From an uncultured Bacilli bacterium (GTDB taxonomy: Bacteria > Bacillota_I > Bacilli_A > RF39 > UBA660): a DNA stretch of 39,112 nucleotides. Position numbers and translations under genes: made by a program. Of this stretch, positions 35,132-39,112 are shown piece after piece. The notes below the pieces were generated by a model. It was not told where the DNA came from, searched no databases, and saw only the letters and a list, made by a program, of their open reading frames with translations. Position 1 is the first letter of the stretch; the number at the start of each line of letters is the position of its first letter. Location of the stretch: NCBI GenBank assembly GCA_944358495.1, contig CALVRF010000001.1:1-39112 (forward strand), in the 5' to 3' direction.

Positions 35132-35365
35132 TCAATATTCACTGAATAAGTGAATATTGAAAATAAACGTGGCACGTTTTGTTTGCGATAGCAAATGAAA
35201 GTGGCGATAGTTTATTTCTTCAATAATAATTGCTGTGGAATTATTATTGAATTAGTCTTATAGGAATAAACATAGCTTATTCCTATAAGACATAAGGGGG
35301 TTTTTAGGGAACTCCCTAAACTCACAAATGGGCTATGCCCTAGTGAGATAGGTCATAAATGACCT
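35132..35365. other. array of eight consecutive hairpins; candidate oriT (and/or replication origin)
   Basis: Perfect IRs: 35132-35160 (11 bp), 35165-35179 (6 bp), 35182-35195 (5 bp), 35219-35251 (13 bp), 35255-35291 (15 bp), 35303-35320 (8 bp), 35330-35340 (4 bp), 35350-35365 (7 bp). The array is immediately upstream of the MobV gene. Confidence 0.55.
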
Positions 35366-35389
35366 CTAAATAACTGGGGGTAATAAATA

Positions 35390-36814
35390 TTGTATGATGG
35401 AAAGCAAGTTGTGAGGGTAGAAACTAAATATAAACAGAAAGATTTGTATAATATTGGAATAGAAATGAAACAAAGAAAAGGTACTGGAAATTATGACAAA
35501 GAACGTACACCGTTTAATGTGGAGTATGTATCTATGTCTGAAAGAAATCTATATCAAGAAGTGAAACAAACCTTAAAAAGAAGAAATATTGAATATTTAA
35601 ATAAGCCTAATACTAACTTATTAAATGGTATTACGTTTACAAGTGGTAATGAATTTTTTGAGGCATTAGGTATGAAGTTTATTGATAGTGGTAGAACATA
35701 TAAAACTGGCGATAAAAAAGGACAAGCTGTTAAAACACCATATATAAAATCAAAAGAAGATATACCACAAGCTGTTAGTTATTATTTTGATAGCTGTATG
35801 GACTTTTTGAAAGAATATGTAGGCGAAGAAAATATATTGTTAGCTCAAATACATTATGATGAAGATACTCCTCATCTGCAAGCCTATTATATACCAGTAG
35901 TAAATAAGGTAAAGCGAAAATGTTATGTAAAAGATAAAGAGGGAAATGTAGTAAAAGAAGAAGTTAAAAATAAGCAAGGTAAAACTTCACTTGTTCCAAA
36001 GCTGTTAAGAGATGATAAAGGTAAAATTGTTTATGAAGAAGTTAAAGGAAAATTTTTAAACAATGATCAATTCTGGAAAAGTAAAGGTGGTAAAAATTCT
36101 TTTGCGAGATTACAAGACAATTTTAATAAATTTATTACTGAACGTGGTTTTAAATTAGATAGAGGTAATATTGGTAATGATGTAGAACATAAAACAAAAT
36201 TAGAACATCAAATAGAGGAAAATAAGGCAGAGTTAGAGGAATTACAGCTAGAAAAAGAAAGAACTAAACAAATACTTGAAGATACTAAAAATGGCTTGTT
36301 AGAGGCACAAAAATCAGCAAATAAAGAGGTTTTAAACCCTAGAAAAGGTATTGTTGGTTATAATACTAATGATGTAGTAGAAATAGTAGAATATTCCAAG
36401 AATTTGGAAAAAATCAATATATTACAGCAAAGCGAATTAAAAAATAAAGATACACTTATAACTAAATTGTCTAATGAAAATGAAAATTTTAAACAAAATA
36501 AAGAATTAATCAAAAGAAATAAAATTATTGAAGAACAAAAAGACACCATTAAAGAGCAAAAAAAGGAAATTACTAGGCTAAAAAATATAGTCAATGTTTT
36601 AGAAAATAACATTGAAAATTTAAAACAAAAATTTGAAAGAGAAATTGATAAATGGAAAAATCTATTTTCTAAAATGTGTAAAGCTATTGATAAAGTATTA
36701 AAACGAGAGCCTAAAAAATATATTGAAGATTATGAAGATTTAGCTGATAGCATTAATTATGATTACTATGATAAAGGAAAAGACAAAAATGATGATTTTG
36801 AAATGAGATTATAA
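35390..36814 (+). CDS. MobV-family (Mob/Pre) relaxase
   Basis: HYDEDTPHLQAYYIPV matches the HxDExxPH motif of pMV158 MobM-type relaxases (final His replaced by Gln). Long coiled-coil C-terminus. TTG start 9 nt after GGGGG. Confidence 0.8.
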   Translation: MYDGKQVVRVETKYKQKDLYNIGIEMKQRKGTGNYDKERTPFNVEYVSMSERNLYQEVKQTLKRRNIEYLNKPNTNLLNGITFTSGNEFFEALGMKFIDSGRTYKTGDKKGQAVKTPYIKSKEDIPQAVSYYFDSCMDFLKEYVGEENILLAQIHYDEDTPHLQAYYIPVVNKVKRKCYVKDKEGNVVKEEVKNKQGKTSLVPKLLRDDKGKIVYEEVKGKFLNNDQFWKSKGGKNSFARLQDNFNKFITERGFKLDRGNIGNDVEHKTKLEHQIEENKAELEELQLEKERTKQILEDTKNGLLEAQKSANKEVLNPRKGIVGYNTNDVVEIVEYSKNLEKINILQQSELKNKDTLITKLSNENENFKQNKELIKRNKIIEEQKDTIKEQKKEITRLKNIVNVLENNIENLKQKFEREIDKWKNLFSKMCKAIDKVLKREPKKYIEDYEDLADSINYDYYDKGKDKNDDFEMRL

Positions 36815-36858
36815 GATATTGCAAGTTTATTAATTAAGTATTATAATTTGTTTAGGAA

Positions 36859-37503
36859 GTGATATGCTTGGTAGAGATAAAACAATGGGTAAAAGATATT
36901 GTAATTTATTTTGAATTTTTGAATAACATTAATTTAAAATTATTTAAATTATGCTCTTTGGATTGTTGGAATGATATTACATCAATAGAAAAATATTATT
37001 TAGATATTTCACAAGATTTATTTAGATTATTACCTTGTTCTGCTAATACTAAATTAAAAAAAATTAATTTGATAGAAAGCGATGGCATATTTTCGATTAA
37101 TGATGGCATAGAAGAATTAAAAGGAGAAATTAAAAAATTTGTTTTAGAAAATAATGATATTTTATATACTATTAAATATATTAGAAATAAAACTGAACAT
37201 ATGCCTCATAAACTTAAAGCAGAAGGATTTTATAGTGGAAGTACGGGAAGTGATATACGATTTTCCTATGAAAATGAAAGTTTAAACATAAATTTTAATG
37301 ATTTGAAAAAGTTAGTTATTAAGTTAAATGAAATATTTATAAAAATGCAAAATGATTTGTCAAAATATCAAAATCAATTATCAGAGGAATACAAGACCTA
37401 TCCTTGTTGGGATTACTTAAAAAGTATGAATTTTGAAATATATAATAAATTACTTTTAAGTGAAAATTTATATGACATTTCATTTGTTATCAACAAATAT
37501 TAA
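36859..37503 (+). CDS. hypothetical cargo protein with an RNxxxH (HEPN-like) motif
   Basis: KYIRNKTEHMPH contains R-N-x-x-x-H. The start is uncertain (GTG 36859, or TTG 36868 nine nt after AGGAAG). Confidence 0.45.
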   Translation: MICLVEIKQWVKDIVIYFEFLNNINLKLFKLCSLDCWNDITSIEKYYLDISQDLFRLLPCSANTKLKKINLIESDGIFSINDGIEELKGEIKKFVLENNDILYTIKYIRNKTEHMPHKLKAEGFYSGSTGSDIRFSYENESLNINFNDLKKLVIKLNEIFIKMQNDLSKYQNQLSEEYKTYPCWDYLKSMNFEIYNKLLLSENLYDISFVINKY

Positions 37504-37589
37504 TATATTTAAATTAAAGATTATTATAGTAGAAAGTAAGTAAAACTTTTTATATTAATAATCTTTTTTGTTTGGGAGGTGAGAGCAAT

Positions 37590-38687
37590 TTGTCGTTATA
37601 CCAAGACAAAAAGACCAAGAAATGGTGTTATAGACTATCTAAATATGTAAATGGGAAACAAGTTCAAAAGCATTCTAAATGGTATGATTTAAAAAAAGAG
37701 GCAAAAGAGGCAGAAAAAGAATATTTAAAATCTATTAATGAAAATAATTCTTCTGATGAAGAAATAACATTTAAAGATGTGTGGGAAAGTTATATTGATT
37801 TTAAGAAAGATAAATTAAAAATAACAAGTTATAATGCAATATTAAATAAAGGTATACATTATGAAAGTTTATATAATATAAAAATGATAAATTTTGATAT
37901 TAATGTTTTTAATAACTGGAAGAGGTATATAAATAAACAAGACTTTTCCACCACACATAAAAATAATTTATATAAATGTTTGAGGTCAATTTTAAGATAT
38001 AGTGAAAAGTATCTTGATATTAAAGTAAATACATTGCTTAATAAAATGACTAATTTTAATAACCCAAACGAATTAAAAAAAGAAATGAATTTTTTTACTT
38101 ATGATGAATTTAAAAGTTTTATAAGTGTTGAAGAAGATTTAACTTATAAAACTTTTTTTGAGGTCTTATATTATTGTGGTTTAAGACAAGGCGAAATACA
38201 AGCCTTAACTTGGAAAGATATTACATTTGTAAATGATAATGAAGTATTAGTAAAAATAAATAAAACTTTAACATCAAAAATTAAGGGCAAAAAATATGTG
38301 ATTTTACCACCAAAGACCAAAAGCAGTTATAGAACATTACCAGTAAAAAATAAACAATTAATTAGTGATTTAAAGTTATTAAAAGAAAGATGTCAAAAAT
38401 TATATGGTTTTTCAGAAGAGTGGTTTGTATTTGGAAATGTGTATCCTTTAGCTGATACTACTATACAAACTAGAAAGAACAAAAATTGTAAATTAGCCGG
38501 TGTAAAAAGAATAAGAATACACGATTTTAGGCATAGCTGTGCTAGTTTATTAATAAATAAAGGAGCAAGTGTTGCTTTAGTTTCAAAATATTTAGGTCAT
38601 AGTGATATAGCTACAACATTAAATATATATTCACATATGTTTAAAAGTGAATTACAAGATATAGCCGAAGAATTAAAAGATTTATAA
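37590..38687 (+). CDS. int: tyrosine-type site-specific integrase
   Basis: GLRQGE (Arg I), HDFRHSCAS (HxxR), GHSDIATTLNIYSH (catalytic Tyr). TTG at 37590 lies 7 nt after GGGAGGTGA and gives the typical MSLYQDKKTKKW N-terminus. Confidence 0.88.
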   Translation: MSLYQDKKTKKWCYRLSKYVNGKQVQKHSKWYDLKKEAKEAEKEYLKSINENNSSDEEITFKDVWESYIDFKKDKLKITSYNAILNKGIHYESLYNIKMINFDINVFNNWKRYINKQDFSTTHKNNLYKCLRSILRYSEKYLDIKVNTLLNKMTNFNNPNELKKEMNFFTYDEFKSFISVEEDLTYKTFFEVLYYCGLRQGEIQALTWKDITFVNDNEVLVKINKTLTSKIKGKKYVILPPKTKSSYRTLPVKNKQLISDLKLLKERCQKLYGFSEEWFVFGNVYPLADTTIQTRKNKNCKLAGVKRIRIHDFRHSCASLLINKGASVALVSKYLGHSDIATTLNIYSHMFKSELQDIAEELKDL

Positions 38688-38693
38688 CAAAAA

Positions 38694-38730
38694 CTAGGAG
38701 CTATGAAAGTAGCTCCTAGAATTTTTTTTT
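38694..38730 (+). terminator. rho-independent terminator after int
   Basis: CTAGGAGCT / AGCTCCTAG 9-bp stem, 8-nt loop, 9-T run. Confidence 0.8.
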
Positions 38731-38734
38731 GAAA

Positions 38735-38817
38735 AACAATGATATAACAATGATATTGTAAAATAAAAACCCTTGAAAAAATAAGGGCTTAACTATCATT
38801 TTGGTGGAGAATAAGGG
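38735..38817. repeat. att-type repeat copy D (left arm plus core); right junction of the IME, continuous with the intact tRNA-Ala
   Basis: CAATGATATAACAATGATATTG, the CCCTTG/TAAGGG hairpin and TGGTGGAGAATAAGGG are colinear with the left halves of copies A-C. Confidence 0.85.
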
Positions 38818-38878
38818 ATTCGAACCCTTGACCCCTTGCGTGCAAAGCAAGTGCTCTAGCCAGCTGAGCTAATTCCCC
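38802..38878 (-). tRNA. tRNA-Ala: tRNA-Ala (anticodon TGC); integration target
   Basis: The reverse complement reads GGGGAATTAGCTCAGCTGG...CTTGCTTTGCACGCAAG...GGTTCGAATCCCTTATTCTCCACCA. It has the G3:U70 Ala identity pair, anticodon loop TTTGCAC and an encoded CCA. Confidence 0.93.
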
Positions 38879-39024
38879 AAAAATCAATATTGCTTATTCA
38901 TTGTAGCATATAATTTATGAAAAATCAATATTTTTTCTTTAAATTATATGCTTTTTTCATTATTTTTATCTTAATTTATTTAAAATAATACCCATATGTA
39001 GTATAATTTATATAAGGTGGTTCT

Positions 39025-39112
39025 ATGTTAAAAACACGGGACTTTGACAGTTTTAAATTAATAAAATTGCGTAAACCATTGAAATATGGTTATTTTTTTG
39101 TCAAATTTTGGT
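39025..39112 (+). CDS. 5' end of an unidentified CDS running off the window
   Basis: ATG at 39025 lies 6 nt after AAGGTGG. It is open to the window end (MLKTRDFDSFKLIKLRKPLKYGYFFVKFW...). Confidence 0.35.
   Translation, partial: MLKTRDFDSFKLIKLRKPLKYGYFFVKFW

Larger units (their letters stand above)
26929..38817. mobile_element. integrative mobilizable element (about 11.9 kb) inserted in the 3' end of tRNA-Ala
   Basis: Direct repeats of the tRNA 3' end lie at both ends. It encodes a tyrosine integrase, MobV relaxase, RepA-like ATPase and XRE repressor, but no conjugative pore genes. Confidence 0.75.

Overview
Visibly AT-rich chromosomal segment from a spore-forming, low-GC Bacillota (CotY/CotZ-like and YutH/CotS-like coat genes, Firmicute-type tRNA clusters). 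I cannot assign a species. About 1-23.8 kb is ordinary core genome. It holds a MazG-like NTPase, an EndA-like nuclease, a patatin lipase, trpS, a DUF368 membrane protein, coat proteins, NifU-like and S1-domain proteins, and 12 tRNA genes in three clusters. It also holds an orphan MvaI/BcnI-type endonuclease, LemA-HtpX, a thioredoxin-fold protein, an ABC transporter with a two-component system, an orphan holin-like gene and a GH3 hexosaminidase. About 23.9-38.9 kb is mobile DNA accreted at the 3' end of a tRNA-Ala(TGC) gene (38802..38878, minus strand). The last 14-16 nt of that tRNA, plus conserved flanking arms, recur at 23924, 26679 and 26929. These copies delimit three units. (i) A 2.75-kb integrase-less cassette carries what looks like an undescribed RiPP locus: a 127-aa precursor with two leader-like plus core cassettes (core HENGHDNSGGHPDYHNDSHDNTPG), an overlapping anSME-like radical SAM/SPASM enzyme, and a coupled unknown protein. 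(ii) An empty 250-bp att-att unit. (iii) An 11.9-kb integrative mobilizable element with a tyrosine integrase, a MobV relaxase behind a dense hairpin array (candidate oriT), a RepA-like AAA ATPase and an XRE switch region. Its cargo includes an unusual operon: a guanylate-kinase::SAM-methyltransferase fusion coupled to a DUF2075 nuclease/helicase-like ATPase, followed by a Nudix hydrolase. A small protein with an RNxxxH (HEPN-like) motif is also cargo. All functional calls come from motifs read by eye in the supplied translations. No database search was run.
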